Shown here: positions 48,001-57,928 of the stretch, in pieces
Position numbering within the stretch: position 1 is the first letter of the stretch
Layout of the letters: each line of letters begins with the position of its first letter
Assembly: GCA_049519355.1 (NCBI GenBank)
Contig: JBEKQV010000002.1
Span: 131,479 to 195,478 of the forward strand
DNA: 64,000 bases
DNA from: Candidatus Microgenomates bacterium
GTDB lineage: Bacteria > Patescibacteriota > Microgenomatia > UBA8517
Direction: 5' to 3'
The notes under the pieces: generated by a model
What the model saw: the letters and a program-made list of their open reading frames with translations, nothing else
What the model was told of the DNA's origin: nothing
Database searches by the model: none
Made by a program: the position numbers and the translations under genes

Positions 48001-49030
48001 GAGTCAACTTGGCAGTCCTTTCCCAGGAAAACTTCTCAACTTGCTTGTAACCCTTCTCAATATAGCTTTTGGGTCCACGCAGCATCATTTCAATACCCTC
48101 CGAAATCGACCTGACACTATACGGATCTACAAGAATTGCCGCATCTCCTGCCACTTCAGGCATGCTCGCAACATTTGACGTAACAACGGGAATACCATAA
48201 GCAAAACCCTCGAGAATGTTCTGGCCAAAGCCTTCGTAAATTGAAGCATAAACAAGTCCTTTCGATCCTGCCATTAGAACAGCAAGTTCATCGTCGGCTA
48301 CATAACCGGCAAGTCGAATATTCCTTTGAGCTTCGACTAAAGGAACACTTTGATTACCAATAATTACCAGCTTTAGGTTTTTACCGGCAGAAGAAAGTTC
48401 AAAAGCTTTAACAATTCTTGCGATGTTTTTATACGGTGCCGAACCAAATGCCACCAGATAATCTCCAGTAATTTTGTATTTGCGTTTTACTTCATCCACA
48501 CTGCCTCTATTTACTCGGGTTACTACCCCTGCCTCAGGAATAACTCTTATTTTTTCTTCTTGAACTCCAAAGGAAATTAAATCCGTTTTTGTCGAATTTG
48601 AAGGAACAATGATTCTATCCGATTCTTTCTGCACCCATTTAAGCCTTCTTAGGTGAGCCTCCAAAACCTTTTTGTGAATTAGCCTTGGAAATTTAAACGG
48701 AATTAAATCGTGCACAGTTGTCACCTTAAAAGCTTTCGATGGCGGCTCGGTCCAGTCGGAAGTATGCAAGACATCAATGTTGCCAATTAGCTTTTCGATG
48801 GGCATTATATGCAACCTGTTCCAAATAAAATCTGCCATTGTCGGAGGAATCGGAAAAATTTTTGTTTGTGGAAAAAAGTTTAAAATCTCCCCTTTCCTTC
48901 TAAAAGACCCTGCAAACAATATATATTCGTCTGTACTGTCAATTTTTAGAAGGTTCTCCACAAGTTTCCTTGTATAAAAAGAAACTCCTGTTCCATAAAC
49001 TATTTGGCTGATATCAATTGCAATTTTCAC
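47972..49030 (-). CDS. Glycosyltransferase family 4 (GT-B)
   Basis: YEGFGQNILEGFAYGIPVVTSNVASMPEV (E-x7-E). Confidence 0.8.
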   Translation of the reverse strand: MKIAIDISQIVYGTGVSFYTRKLVENLLKIDSTDEYILFAGSFRRKGEILNFFPQTKIFPIPPTMADFIWNRLHIMPIEKLIGNIDVLHTSDWTEPPSKAFKVTTVHDLIPFKFPRLIHKKVLEAHLRRLKWVQKESDRIIVPSNSTKTDLISFGVQEEKIRVIPEAGVVTRVNRGSVDEVKRKYKITGDYLVAFGSAPYKNIARIVKAFELSSAGKNLKLVIIGNQSVPLVEAQRNIRLAGYVADDELAVLMAGSKGLVYASIYEGFGQNILEGFAYGIPVVTSNVASMPEVAGDAAILVDPYSVRSISEGIEMMLRGPKSYIEKGYKQVEKFSWERTAKLTLEVYKEAGK

Positions 49031-50340
49031 TTTTTGTATAAATAGACGTTCCCAACTCCATTAAATGAGTATTCTGCCTCCTGCCTATATCCCAAAGCCT
49101 CTACATTGACCTTGGCGGTATCGGTCGGGTCAAAAACACTGCCTAAGTAGTCCAATAACCAAATTTGACTGTACCCAGCCTTAATGGCTTTCGGACCTCC
49201 AATTTTAGCATCCGGAGCGTAATAACGGTAGGCTTCCATGTTGGCACCGCTTGGAAAGATTGTGATTGAATTACCGTTTTTCTTTGGTTCCACAAAGTGA
49301 ACAAGCCCCCGCCAGTCTTCTCTTTGAAATTTGGGATTAACAAGATAACATCCTGTGGTCAGAATATTAAAAGCAATTAACAAAACGAAAAGTATTTTTC
49401 CGAGTTTTCCCGCCTTCTCTGTCCCAAAAGCGACTAATAAATAAAAGGGCGTTAAGCAAAACAGGAAGCGGAAATATGTCAGATTTGGAATTATAAAACT
49501 AACCAAAATCCCTAGAATTATTGGGACCACTAGCCATATCCACAAAATCTTCGGCGCCTTAAACGCTTTATAAAGTAAAAATCCAAATAGTACTGCTGCT
49601 CCCGTCACAATCAGAAAATACAAAACTTTATTGTCAAAACTTATTCGCCCAAACATAAACTTAACTGGGATTAGGGCAAGATTTTTAAAAGTCGGAATGC
49701 CGGAAATGTTCCACCAGTTCGAACCCCGCAGCGAAACCCCAGCGGTAATTTGAACAATAAAGACCTTTAACCATAAGAGAAAAACAATAACAAGAGGTGT
49801 CAGACTGAGAACGATTTTCTTCCAGTATTTCCAGCCAATGACAAAATAGACAGGAATCATAAATAAGGAGACATAATCCGTCATCCCTATGAGAACCAGG
49901 ACAATTGAAAAAAATATCCATTTCTTTCTCAAAAAAAGATATATCGATAAAGAAACCAGAAATGCCGCCAAAGAATACAATCTTGCTTCCTGTGAATAGT
50001 AAACGGCAAGACCCGACGTTGCCAATAATACTGAACCCATAAGCCCTACTTTTTTATCGAAAAGTTTTTTCCCGATAAGGTAAATTATATAAATTGTTGC
50101 CAGCCCAAAAATTACAGATGGGATCCTTAAGGAAATTTCCGAATATCCGAAAAGTACCGTCCAATATTTTACAACCAGATAGTAGAACGGCGGGTGAACG
50201 TCTCCCGGAAGAAGTTTAGTAAACATTTCACCCAGCGACATTTTTGCCGCAAGTGCGGTGGTAGCCTCATCAAGCCAAAGCGATTGATTGAGAGAAATAA
50301 GGCGGAGAATCAACCCTATCCCGAGAATCAGAAATATCAT
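49027..50340 (-). CDS. GT-C fold membrane glycosyltransferase, PMT/ArnT-like
   Basis: About 11 TM; loop-1 motif SLWLDEATTALAAKMSLGEM closely resembles the ArnT/PMT DE(A) motif. Confidence 0.65.
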   Translation of the reverse strand: MIFLILGIGLILRLISLNQSLWLDEATTALAAKMSLGEMFTKLLPGDVHPPFYYLVVKYWTVLFGYSEISLRIPSVIFGLATIYIIYLIGKKLFDKKVGLMGSVLLATSGLAVYYSQEARLYSLAAFLVSLSIYLFLRKKWIFFSIVLVLIGMTDYVSLFMIPVYFVIGWKYWKKIVLSLTPLVIVFLLWLKVFIVQITAGVSLRGSNWWNISGIPTFKNLALIPVKFMFGRISFDNKVLYFLIVTGAAVLFGFLLYKAFKAPKILWIWLVVPIILGILVSFIIPNLTYFRFLFCLTPFYLLVAFGTEKAGKLGKILFVLLIAFNILTTGCYLVNPKFQREDWRGLVHFVEPKKNGNSITIFPSGANMEAYRYYAPDAKIGGPKAIKAGYSQIWLLDYLGSVFDPTDTAKVNVEALGYRQEAEYSFNGVGNVYLYKK

Positions 50341-51176
50341 TTTGTCCTTTTACCCTTTAACAAAAATTCTAAAATTCCCACAAAAATTCCGAAATCGTAA
50401 ACAACCTTAAAAACTATAAATGCTGGAGTACCCGAGGCGATTGATTTCCATAAACCGACCACCAACGAAACCGGAAAGAAACTTCTTAGCAAACCAACAA
50501 TCATTCCCAGTTTTCCAAATTTGTAAGTCCGCTTCCCTACCCACTTTGTGTGGGAAAAAACTTCACTTATCGTTCCAGGATTCTGGTGATAAAAGATAGC
50601 CCGTGGAGCGTTTACAGCTTCATATCCCAGCTTTTTGCATAAACTCCAATCGTCATCATATCCTCCCGGGGTGAACCCCCCCACCCTATTAAACTCGCTT
50701 TTTAGGATCCCTCTAAAAACCGGCTGATGGTTAGGATAATTTGCAGGGTGACGGTGTTTCGGTTCCCAATTTTCATTTATATTCCAGCATCTTGCCCAAA
50801 TATTGTCCCAGTTAGAAACATATTCTTCTTTACTGAAGGTTCCTTTTTCTTCACCCTTAACAATCGGCTCGATAAGATTTTTTAAGAAATCTTCGTCAAA
50901 AGTCATATCGGCATCAACAAAAACCAAAATTTCTCCCTTCGCCAGTTTTACCCCAACATTTCTTGCCGCACCTGCTCCTAGGTGTCTTTGTTTAGTAAAC
51001 TTGAAATTGGGGATGGTTTTTCCCAGATTTTCAAGAATATCCAAAGTCCCGTCGCGGGAACTGTCATCGACCACTATTATTTCAAAATCAGAATAAGTTT
51101 GGGCTCCAAGTGATTCTATACAATCTTCAAGAACCCTTTTTTCGTTATATACTGGGATAATGACAGAGACTTCCAT
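50337..51176 (-). CDS. Glycosyltransferase family 2 (GT-A)
   Basis: VSVIIPVYNEKRVLEDCIESL...IIVVDDSSRDGT...VFVDADM (DxD). Confidence 0.8.
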   Translation of the reverse strand: MEVSVIIPVYNEKRVLEDCIESLGAQTYSDFEIIVVDDSSRDGTLDILENLGKTIPNFKFTKQRHLGAGAARNVGVKLAKGEILVFVDADMTFDEDFLKNLIEPIVKGEEKGTFSKEEYVSNWDNIWARCWNINENWEPKHRHPANYPNHQPVFRGILKSEFNRVGGFTPGGYDDDWSLCKKLGYEAVNAPRAIFYHQNPGTISEVFSHTKWVGKRTYKFGKLGMIVGLLRSFFPVSLVVGLWKSIASGTPAFIVFKVVYDFGIFVGILEFLLKGKRTK

Positions 51177-51210
51177 TAATGAAATTATAGCTTATTTTTG
51201 AAGTACAATA

Positions 51211-52677
51211 ATGCCTGTGACAAACCTTCTTAAAAGAAATCTCTTATTGATCGCCATAATGCTCGTAGCTCTATTCTTTTACACATTTAGAATACACCAA
51301 ACTTTTATTATGGCCAGCGATACGGCTAGAGATCTCATAAGGGTCATGGAAATCTGGCAAGGAAAAATAATTACAGCAATAGGACCGCCTGTAAACACAA
51401 TTAGCAATAACCCAATACAAGTGTATTTTGGATCCATGCATTATTACTTTGGTTTATTGGGACTGCTTCTTTCAAATTTTGATCCTGTTGGCTCAGTTTA
51501 CATAAATATTGCATTAACCTTCTTGTCTATTCCCTTTTTCTTTCTCTTATCAAAAGAGATTCTTAAGAAAAGGGGGGTTGCACTTCTTTCCACCTTTGTA
51601 TATGCCCTCTCACCCATTACAATTGCTCTAGCCAGGTCATATTGGAATCCAAACCTAATAATTCCTTTATCGGTATTTGTGTGGTTCTTATTTCTGTATA
51701 AAAAGTCGCTTGTAAAATATTTTCTGGCAGGAATTGTTTCCGGAATTATATTCAACCTTCATTATATGAACATTATCCCCATAGCGCTATTCATTGTTTT
51801 TCTATTTTTCAAAACAGACAAAAGATATCTCCTTTCTGTAGCTATTGGGTTTATTCTTGCAACGTCCCCGCTTATCGCTTTTGAACTAAAAAATCATTTC
51901 TTTCTTATTAAAGCATTTATTGGAACTTTTGGAGGATTCTCGGCTTTCTCGGGACGTACACCAAATCCATTTCTATCAATCGATACCTTTTTCCACATCT
52001 TCGGTTTAGGACCTTACCAGTATTTCTTTCCATCACAAGTTAACATCACCTTCGGTTATAGAATCATTATGGACACTGTTATCGGAATCGCTTTTGTCTA
52101 TTTCCTGATTAAAAAACAAAAGATAATAAATTTTGAGCTGGTTTGCGTTATTCTAACCGGTTTGTTAGTCGGCTGGTACTTTGAAGAATTTCATCTTGTA
52201 GGTCTCAGGTATATTCTATCTACCTACCCATTATTTATTATTTCTTTCGTTGCGTTTGTTTCATCCTTCGGTATCTATATTATTTTGGTTCCAATAATTC
52301 CCATGTTAATTTTATCCGTCAAAATTATTACTCACAAACTTGACCCAAACTCACAAGAAGACTATTACCCTGTGCAAACAGTGGAGGAAATTTCAAAAGC
52401 AATCGTCGCAGACAGTCCAACCGGCAAATATAATGTTACTGAAAACATCCTGGGTGATGCCCGCTCTTTATCCTTCAGGTACTTCTTAATGAGAGACGCG
52501 AAAGTTAAACCGCAATCTGTAGAAGTCTATGACCGTATTGACACTCTTTATGTTGTAACCCCGTCGTTAGACAAAACTTACAAAGAAGATCGTTGGGAAT
52601 TCGTTGCCTCAGGGCCTAAAAAAATTTCATGGGAAAAAGACTTTGGAGATTTAAAATTATATAAATTTATAAAATAA
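51211..52677 (+). CDS. Polytopic membrane protein, probable GT-C family glycosyltransferase
   Basis: 488 aa, at least 11 TM, acidic first loop (ASDTARDLIRVME), C-terminal soluble domain; same architecture as its GT-C neighbours. Confidence 0.5.
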   Translation: MPVTNLLKRNLLLIAIMLVALFFYTFRIHQTFIMASDTARDLIRVMEIWQGKIITAIGPPVNTISNNPIQVYFGSMHYYFGLLGLLLSNFDPVGSVYINIALTFLSIPFFFLLSKEILKKRGVALLSTFVYALSPITIALARSYWNPNLIIPLSVFVWFLFLYKKSLVKYFLAGIVSGIIFNLHYMNIIPIALFIVFLFFKTDKRYLLSVAIGFILATSPLIAFELKNHFFLIKAFIGTFGGFSAFSGRTPNPFLSIDTFFHIFGLGPYQYFFPSQVNITFGYRIIMDTVIGIAFVYFLIKKQKIINFELVCVILTGLLVGWYFEEFHLVGLRYILSTYPLFIISFVAFVSSFGIYIILVPIIPMLILSVKIITHKLDPNSQEDYYPVQTVEEISKAIVADSPTGKYNVTENILGDARSLSFRYFLMRDAKVKPQSVEVYDRIDTLYVVTPSLDKTYKEDRWEFVASGPKKISWEKDFGDLKLYKFIK

Positions 52678-52682
52678 ACTTT

Positions 52683-53945
52683 TTATCTTTCCAATTTAAA
52701 AATCGAGTAACCCTGTCCAACGTCAGTAAGTTTATCTAACTTATACGAACCTCCGGCATTAACTTCCCAAACGCTGGATTTCTTAAAATCGTAATTATTT
52801 TGAGCCAAAACATATAAAAGTTTTAGATTTACATAACTTACTTCATCTAATGGTTTCTTACCGTATTTATATTCCACAAAATACCTTAACACATAAGCTC
52901 TCTTATCAAAATCCAAAACTTCCGATACATTAAAGTTTCCTTTAGCATCCCCCACAATAATCTTCGAGGCCTTTTCAATGTCGTTGATTGTGATTCCCTT
53001 TGGCATCCCCGTGGGACTATTAAAGGAAACGCGCGAGGAAGCCAGGTTAAAGTAAAAATACAGCACTAAAACAATAATACCGATGGCAATATTAAACTTT
53101 AATATTTTTGTGACCAGCCACGCTCCAATGATTGCAAATACAGGCCAAAACGGTAATAAGTAGTAATACGCGAAACCAGCATCACTTTTTCCCCTTAAGG
53201 TGTCGATCAAGTATTGGGTCAATGTGCGCAAGTGATAAAAGTTATGTTTGAGATCAAAAAGAAGCATCGGAAAATTTCCAATAGCCACCCCCAAAATGAA
53301 TGTTATGATAGAAACGATATATTTTTTATTTTTCCAAATATTGAATACCAAAACTGGTAAAGCAATCAAAATATAAAGAAACTGCAAACTAATTCCAATT
53401 CCGGATAGGAGCCCCAATATAAAAATATTTTTGGTGTTTGGTTTCTTATGGTTAAGAATCGAAAAATAAAAAGTAAATATTCCGATAAGAGGTAGGAGAT
53501 TATAATTCCATATAAATAAGGAGTGATAAATCATAAAATCGTTAAAAAGGAACAAGATCAAAGAAAGAACTGCAAGTTTTACGTTATATAACCTTTTTAC
53601 CACCCAGTAAATTACAAAACCCGTAAATAAATTAAGAAGAGCGAAAAATACAGTAATTGTGACAGGCTCGTAATTTGAAATTAAAAGTAGGGGAACCAAA
53701 GCATAATTAAAAAGTGCTCCTGAATAAAGAATATGACTGTTACTATCTTCCCTGAAATATTCCTGCCCCAAAAGAGAAGGTTTTTCTTTTATATAATTTG
53801 CCGACACAATCAAACTTCTAGCTTGTTCAGACCAGAAAGTAACACGGTCAGGAAAATTATAGAAACGCTCAAATCCAGCCAAAAGGAAAACGACAATAAG
53901 GATCAAACTATTCTTTTTTAATAAGATCTTTAAAAAGTTCTTCAT
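52683..53945 (-). CDS. Polytopic membrane protein, probable GT-C family glycosyltransferase
   Basis: About 12 TM plus C-terminal soluble domain; loop-1 FWSEQARSL. The track start at 54047 overlaps the downstream GT4 by 140 nt, so an internal Met (MKNFLKIL, 53945) is preferred. Confidence 0.5.
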   Translation of the reverse strand: MKNFLKILLKKNSLILIVVFLLAGFERFYNFPDRVTFWSEQARSLIVSANYIKEKPSLLGQEYFREDSNSHILYSGALFNYALVPLLLISNYEPVTITVFFALLNLFTGFVIYWVVKRLYNVKLAVLSLILFLFNDFMIYHSLFIWNYNLLPLIGIFTFYFSILNHKKPNTKNIFILGLLSGIGISLQFLYILIALPVLVFNIWKNKKYIVSIITFILGVAIGNFPMLLFDLKHNFYHLRTLTQYLIDTLRGKSDAGFAYYYLLPFWPVFAIIGAWLVTKILKFNIAIGIIVLVLYFYFNLASSRVSFNSPTGMPKGITINDIEKASKIIVGDAKGNFNVSEVLDFDKRAYVLRYFVEYKYGKKPLDEVSYVNLKLLYVLAQNNYDFKKSSVWEVNAGGSYKLDKLTDVGQGYSIFKLER

Positions 53946-54990
53946 ATTTTCTAGTAACCAACTCCCAGGAAAAATTTTCCGCCTGCTTTCTTGGATTACC
54001 ATCCCAATCTTCACCCAGAGCCTTTTGCAATGCTTTCGCATATTCAACAGTATTTACCGGATCAACCAATATTCCACCATTCCCGACAATTTCCAACCTA
54101 ATAGGGTCGTTCGTTGCTATAACAGGAAGACCCGATGCCATAGCCTCAACCAATACATTTCCAAAAGCCTCGGACGGTCTTGAAGGCAGTGTAAAAATAT
54201 CAGCCGCCCGATAGACTTTAGGCATTTCAGAATACGGAACACTTGTTATTTCAAATCTGTCACCCAATAGTTTATTTCCTTCTTCGGCAAGCTTTTCTTT
54301 CAAATCTCCTCCCCCACCAACCAAAAGCAAACTTACATCCTTCAATTTTGCAACCGCCTTAATTGCCAAATCCATTCTTTTTTGTTCGGTAAACGCCCCA
54401 ACCGCCAAAACAGTAGGTTTTTTAAGTTTTGTTTCGAATTTTTCTCCATATGGTTTAAATTTATTTATGTCAACTCCGTTGGAAATTTGGATAGATTTAA
54501 CAAGCGGGTTAACTTTTTTAGACCACTCCTTAGCTGTTTGAGACAATGCGACAAATGTATTTGGAAGAGACCACAAATTATTTTTTTCATCCCATCCCAT
54601 TCCCGTCTGCCCGGAAATAACCATTTTGCCTCCGTAAAGCCATGTCGTAATTCTTATCAAGGCAACCTGCCAGCCACCATTAAAAGGAATTACAACATCA
54701 AATCTTTCTTTTAAAATCTTTGGGATTGTCCGAAGAGTAAATAACGCAATTTTTATACTCCAATAATCAATAAATAACCTACGACGAAGAGAAGTAGCTT
54801 TATCTTTTATCTTCCAATTAATTTTTGTCGTATAAACCTTAACCTTATATTTTGTATCAAAACTATTTGAGGCGGATTGAAGAACAGTGACATCATTCAT
54901 TTCAGAAAGCCTCTTTGCCAGTTCATTAACCACAGTTTCAACTCCCCTATTCACCTGACCGTTGTAAAAACTCAAAAAAGCTATTTTCAT
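53908..54990 (-). CDS. Glycosyltransferase family 4 (GT-B)
   Basis: SEAFGNVLVEAMASGLPVIATNDPIRLEIV (E-x7-E); start set at MKIAFLSF. Confidence 0.8.
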   Translation of the reverse strand: MKIAFLSFYNGQVNRGVETVVNELAKRLSEMNDVTVLQSASNSFDTKYKVKVYTTKINWKIKDKATSLRRRLFIDYWSIKIALFTLRTIPKILKERFDVVIPFNGGWQVALIRITTWLYGGKMVISGQTGMGWDEKNNLWSLPNTFVALSQTAKEWSKKVNPLVKSIQISNGVDINKFKPYGEKFETKLKKPTVLAVGAFTEQKRMDLAIKAVAKLKDVSLLLVGGGGDLKEKLAEEGNKLLGDRFEITSVPYSEMPKVYRAADIFTLPSRPSEAFGNVLVEAMASGLPVIATNDPIRLEIVGNGGILVDPVNTVEYAKALQKALGEDWDGNPRKQAENFSWELVTRKYEELFKDLIKKE

Positions 54991-54991
54991 T

Positions 54992-56335
54992 TCATTTGGG
55001 AACAAATATTTCTATGTCATCCACCGTAGTTTTCAAAACGTAATTTTTCTGAACATAATTAAAATCATCTTCAGGAATATAAGACGAAAGACCTATGTCG
55101 CTGTAGGGTTGTAACAAAACCATCTCTGGTTTTGTTTCCGACAAACCCTGAACCATTTTTTCTTGAATTCCTGGCATCTCCGTATACCAGGAAAGTTGCG
55201 GAACCCAAGGATTTGTTGGAGGCAATGTATTTGTTAAAGCGTAAATATTATCCCACCAGTTCATAACAAAAATCGTATCTCCGGGTTTTGAGTTCGCCTT
55301 AACGTAAGCCGCGACGTCCGAAACATCCGTTTCAAAAAATCTGGTCCCCTCATTCCAGTTTCTTATGAAAAATCCTGCAAAAAGTATAAGGCTGCCGATT
55401 AAATAAATAGTCAAGAAAGATTTAATCAAACGGTTCTTTTTGTCATAATGGCTAACAACAAACCCCGTGGCTAAACCCAAAAAAGGAATTGCCGGTTGGA
55501 AATGAAAATACTCAAACCGGGGATAAGCTCCAAATATTCCGACAATAGACCATACAAATAAATATATATTCCGAGTTTTCTTATAAAAAAGAACGGGAAT
55601 AAATATTGAGAAAGGCAAAAGCGAAACAAATAAGGTTTTCAAATCGGGCAACTGAATTTGACCAGTCGCTTTTGGCAAAACAAAAATTCCGAATTTTATT
55701 CCCCAATCTATAAATGCCGGTAGTATCCCAAAAGCCCAGAGAATTAAGATAAATGGAACTAATATAATTAGTATCCCCAAAATAAATTTCTCGCCGTTTT
55801 TTATTATCGTTTTTTTATCTCGCAGTATTTCCAGACCTATTGGAATCAGGAAAAAGACCGCAGTTTGCTTTGTTAAAAATGCTAATATCCAAAAAAATCC
55901 CGCCCAAAAATAATTCTTTTTCTGCACAAAGTAATAGGAAATTAAAACTATTAATCCCATAAACAAATCAAACCAGAGACCGTTTCCGTCAAAAAAAATT
56001 TGCCAGAATGCGAAGGTGGCAAGAGCGATTAATGCAGTTTTAACATTCCAGAGTTTCTTGCCTATCCAAAAAACTAAAAAGTCCAAGACTAAAATTGAAA
56101 GCCAGGTAAATATTTTAAGTTGATTTATCCCAACCCCAAAAATTTTATAAAAAACAAAAAGTTTAACCAAAAGAAGTGGTGTATGAGGAATTGCGATATT
56201 TAAATAAGGTAACCAACCATGAATCATCAAGTATGGCCAGAGGAGCATCTCAGGCCACGCTGTAAATTGAAAGTGAAATAAAAGAAATAAATGTAAAATC
56301 AAAACACCTACTAAAATTAAATTGTATTTTCTCAT
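54992..56335 (-). CDS. Polytopic membrane protein, probable GT-C family glycosyltransferase
   Basis: 447 aa, about 12 TM, C-terminal soluble domain; no clear DE loop, so family is less certain. Confidence 0.45.
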   Translation of the reverse strand: MRKYNLILVGVLILHLFLLFHFQFTAWPEMLLWPYLMIHGWLPYLNIAIPHTPLLLVKLFVFYKIFGVGINQLKIFTWLSILVLDFLVFWIGKKLWNVKTALIALATFAFWQIFFDGNGLWFDLFMGLIVLISYYFVQKKNYFWAGFFWILAFLTKQTAVFFLIPIGLEILRDKKTIIKNGEKFILGILIILVPFILILWAFGILPAFIDWGIKFGIFVLPKATGQIQLPDLKTLFVSLLPFSIFIPVLFYKKTRNIYLFVWSIVGIFGAYPRFEYFHFQPAIPFLGLATGFVVSHYDKKNRLIKSFLTIYLIGSLILFAGFFIRNWNEGTRFFETDVSDVAAYVKANSKPGDTIFVMNWWDNIYALTNTLPPTNPWVPQLSWYTEMPGIQEKMVQGLSETKPEMVLLQPYSDIGLSSYIPEDDFNYVQKNYVLKTTVDDIEIFVPK

Positions 56336-57051
56336 AACTTCCGTGCAATTACTGTCATACTATCACCCATATTTAAAACTTTTGAGACCAAAGCTAAAGG
56401 GAATGTAACTATATCATAGATAAAAGATTTTCGTTTCAATTCTTGAAAAGGATTCGCGTATTCGAAAATTCCCGAACGCGACTGCCATAAAAGTACCTTG
56501 AACCCAGTCTTGCTAAACAACTTTAGAATGCTTTGTTTAGTAAATTGCCATTTATGCTCACTGGGCAGTCTAAATGGCCAACTATCCCCCATAATTTTAG
56601 CGGATAAGCTTCCTGCGTTTGGAACATCAACAAAAAGAATTCCACCTTTTTTCAATAATGTGTTAACTTTTTTTAAAACCAAAACCGGGTCGTCCATATG
56701 CTCCAGAGTATGGTTCAAAAGAACAAGGTCAAAATAATTTCTTGGAAGATTTAATTTCTCAAAATAATCTCTATAAACTTTAATGCCTTTTTTTTTCGCT
56801 TCGACAGCACTCCGGGATGATTCAACACCAAAAACTTCAAATCCTTTTTCCTTAAATATCTCTAAAAAAATTCCTGTTGAAGAACCTATTTCCAATACTC
56901 TTCCAGACTTAACAAATTTGTAAATTAAGGCAAAGCGGGTCAAGAATATATTCCTAAAAGTGGAGGAATATTTCACATAATCCGAATCTCTATGATAATT
57001 TTTATAATCCGGTTTCATTAATATTCTTAGTATCCAGCTTTTCCCTTCCAA
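56332..57051 (-). CDS. Class I SAM-dependent methyltransferase
   Basis: Motif I VLEIGSSTGIFLE; post-I acidic residue (GVESS); motif LLKKGGILFV. Confidence 0.75.
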   Translation of the reverse strand: MEGKSWILRILMKPDYKNYHRDSDYVKYSSTFRNIFLTRFALIYKFVKSGRVLEIGSSTGIFLEIFKEKGFEVFGVESSRSAVEAKKKGIKVYRDYFEKLNLPRNYFDLVLLNHTLEHMDDPVLVLKKVNTLLKKGGILFVDVPNAGSLSAKIMGDSWPFRLPSEHKWQFTKQSILKLFSKTGFKVLLWQSRSGIFEYANPFQELKRKSFIYDIVTFPLALVSKVLNMGDSMTVIARKL

Positions 57052-57851
57052 ACTTTTCTCTTAATTTTTCTAAGGGGTGTTTCAAAAAAGGCTCTAAATT
57101 TATATGATGCGTTCACAACCTTCCACGGACTTGGAATAATTTCCGGTTTACTCTTAAAAAAAACTTCAGGGTAATAATAGTCTAAAGGAAAACTTTCACC
57201 CAACTCATATTTATATTTTTTAGCTCTTTTAACTACATCCTTATCGGAAGTTGACCGCCGCAGATTGGTCATGTGGAAATAAGGTGTATTTATAAATTTA
57301 TAAGTATTTCGAGCCTGTATCATTTTCCCGTTTTCATCCGCCCATCCCCAGACACCGTGAATCCCCTGCGAATGCAAACCAGGAATAATTCTTTTTACTG
57401 CCCTTAAATTGTAATGTCCAACTCTATCGCCAAATTTATATCTTCCTGCCGAAGCCTCCTGAAAATGAAAAATATCACCGACTAAATTTATTGTTGGAAC
57501 TACCACGGATTCGATTTCTTTACCATCATTCTCTATTGTTTCCAAAACTCTTTTAATAGAATATTCATACCAAATTTCATCTCCGTCCAAAACCAAAAAC
57601 CAATCGGATTTTGTTTCATCGAGCATTTCCTGACGTACTTTTGTAAAATCCTCGGCAGAATTCACTTTTCTTTCCTTCAATTCAATTTTTCTGGGAAATT
57701 TTTTCACTAACTCTTTCTCAATTTCTAAAGTTCCGTCCGTGCTCCCCGTATCCCAAAGAAGAATTTTATCTACATGATTGACAACGCTGGCAACAGAAAA
57801 CCAAAGCCACCGGGCCTCATTTTTTACAAGAGTTTGGGCCCAAATTTTCAT
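57027..57851 (-). CDS. Glycosyltransferase family 2-like (GT-A)
   Basis: N-terminal Rossmann-like beta-strand (AQTLVKNEARWL) and DxD (LDGDEIWYE). Confidence 0.5.
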   Translation of the reverse strand: MKIWAQTLVKNEARWLWFSVASVVNHVDKILLWDTGSTDGTLEIEKELVKKFPRKIELKERKVNSAEDFTKVRQEMLDETKSDWFLVLDGDEIWYEYSIKRVLETIENDGKEIESVVVPTINLVGDIFHFQEASAGRYKFGDRVGHYNLRAVKRIIPGLHSQGIHGVWGWADENGKMIQARNTYKFINTPYFHMTNLRRSTSDKDVVKRAKKYKYELGESFPLDYYYPEVFFKSKPEIIPSPWKVVNASYKFRAFFETPLRKIKRKVWKGKAGY

Positions 57852-57928
57852 ATCTTATTCTACCTTTTTTCCATTCAAATAGTGAATCTTGAAAAAATAC
57901 TGTAGAATTGCTAAGTTACTCGTAAAAT

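Noticed and set aside
57852-57928. Divergent promoter between the GT2-like gene and asnB (TTGAAA / TGTAGAAT elements)
   Set aside because: Candidate -35 and -10 hexamers are present, but the spacings (8 or 23 nt) do not fit a sigma70 promoter convincingly, so no promoter feature was called.
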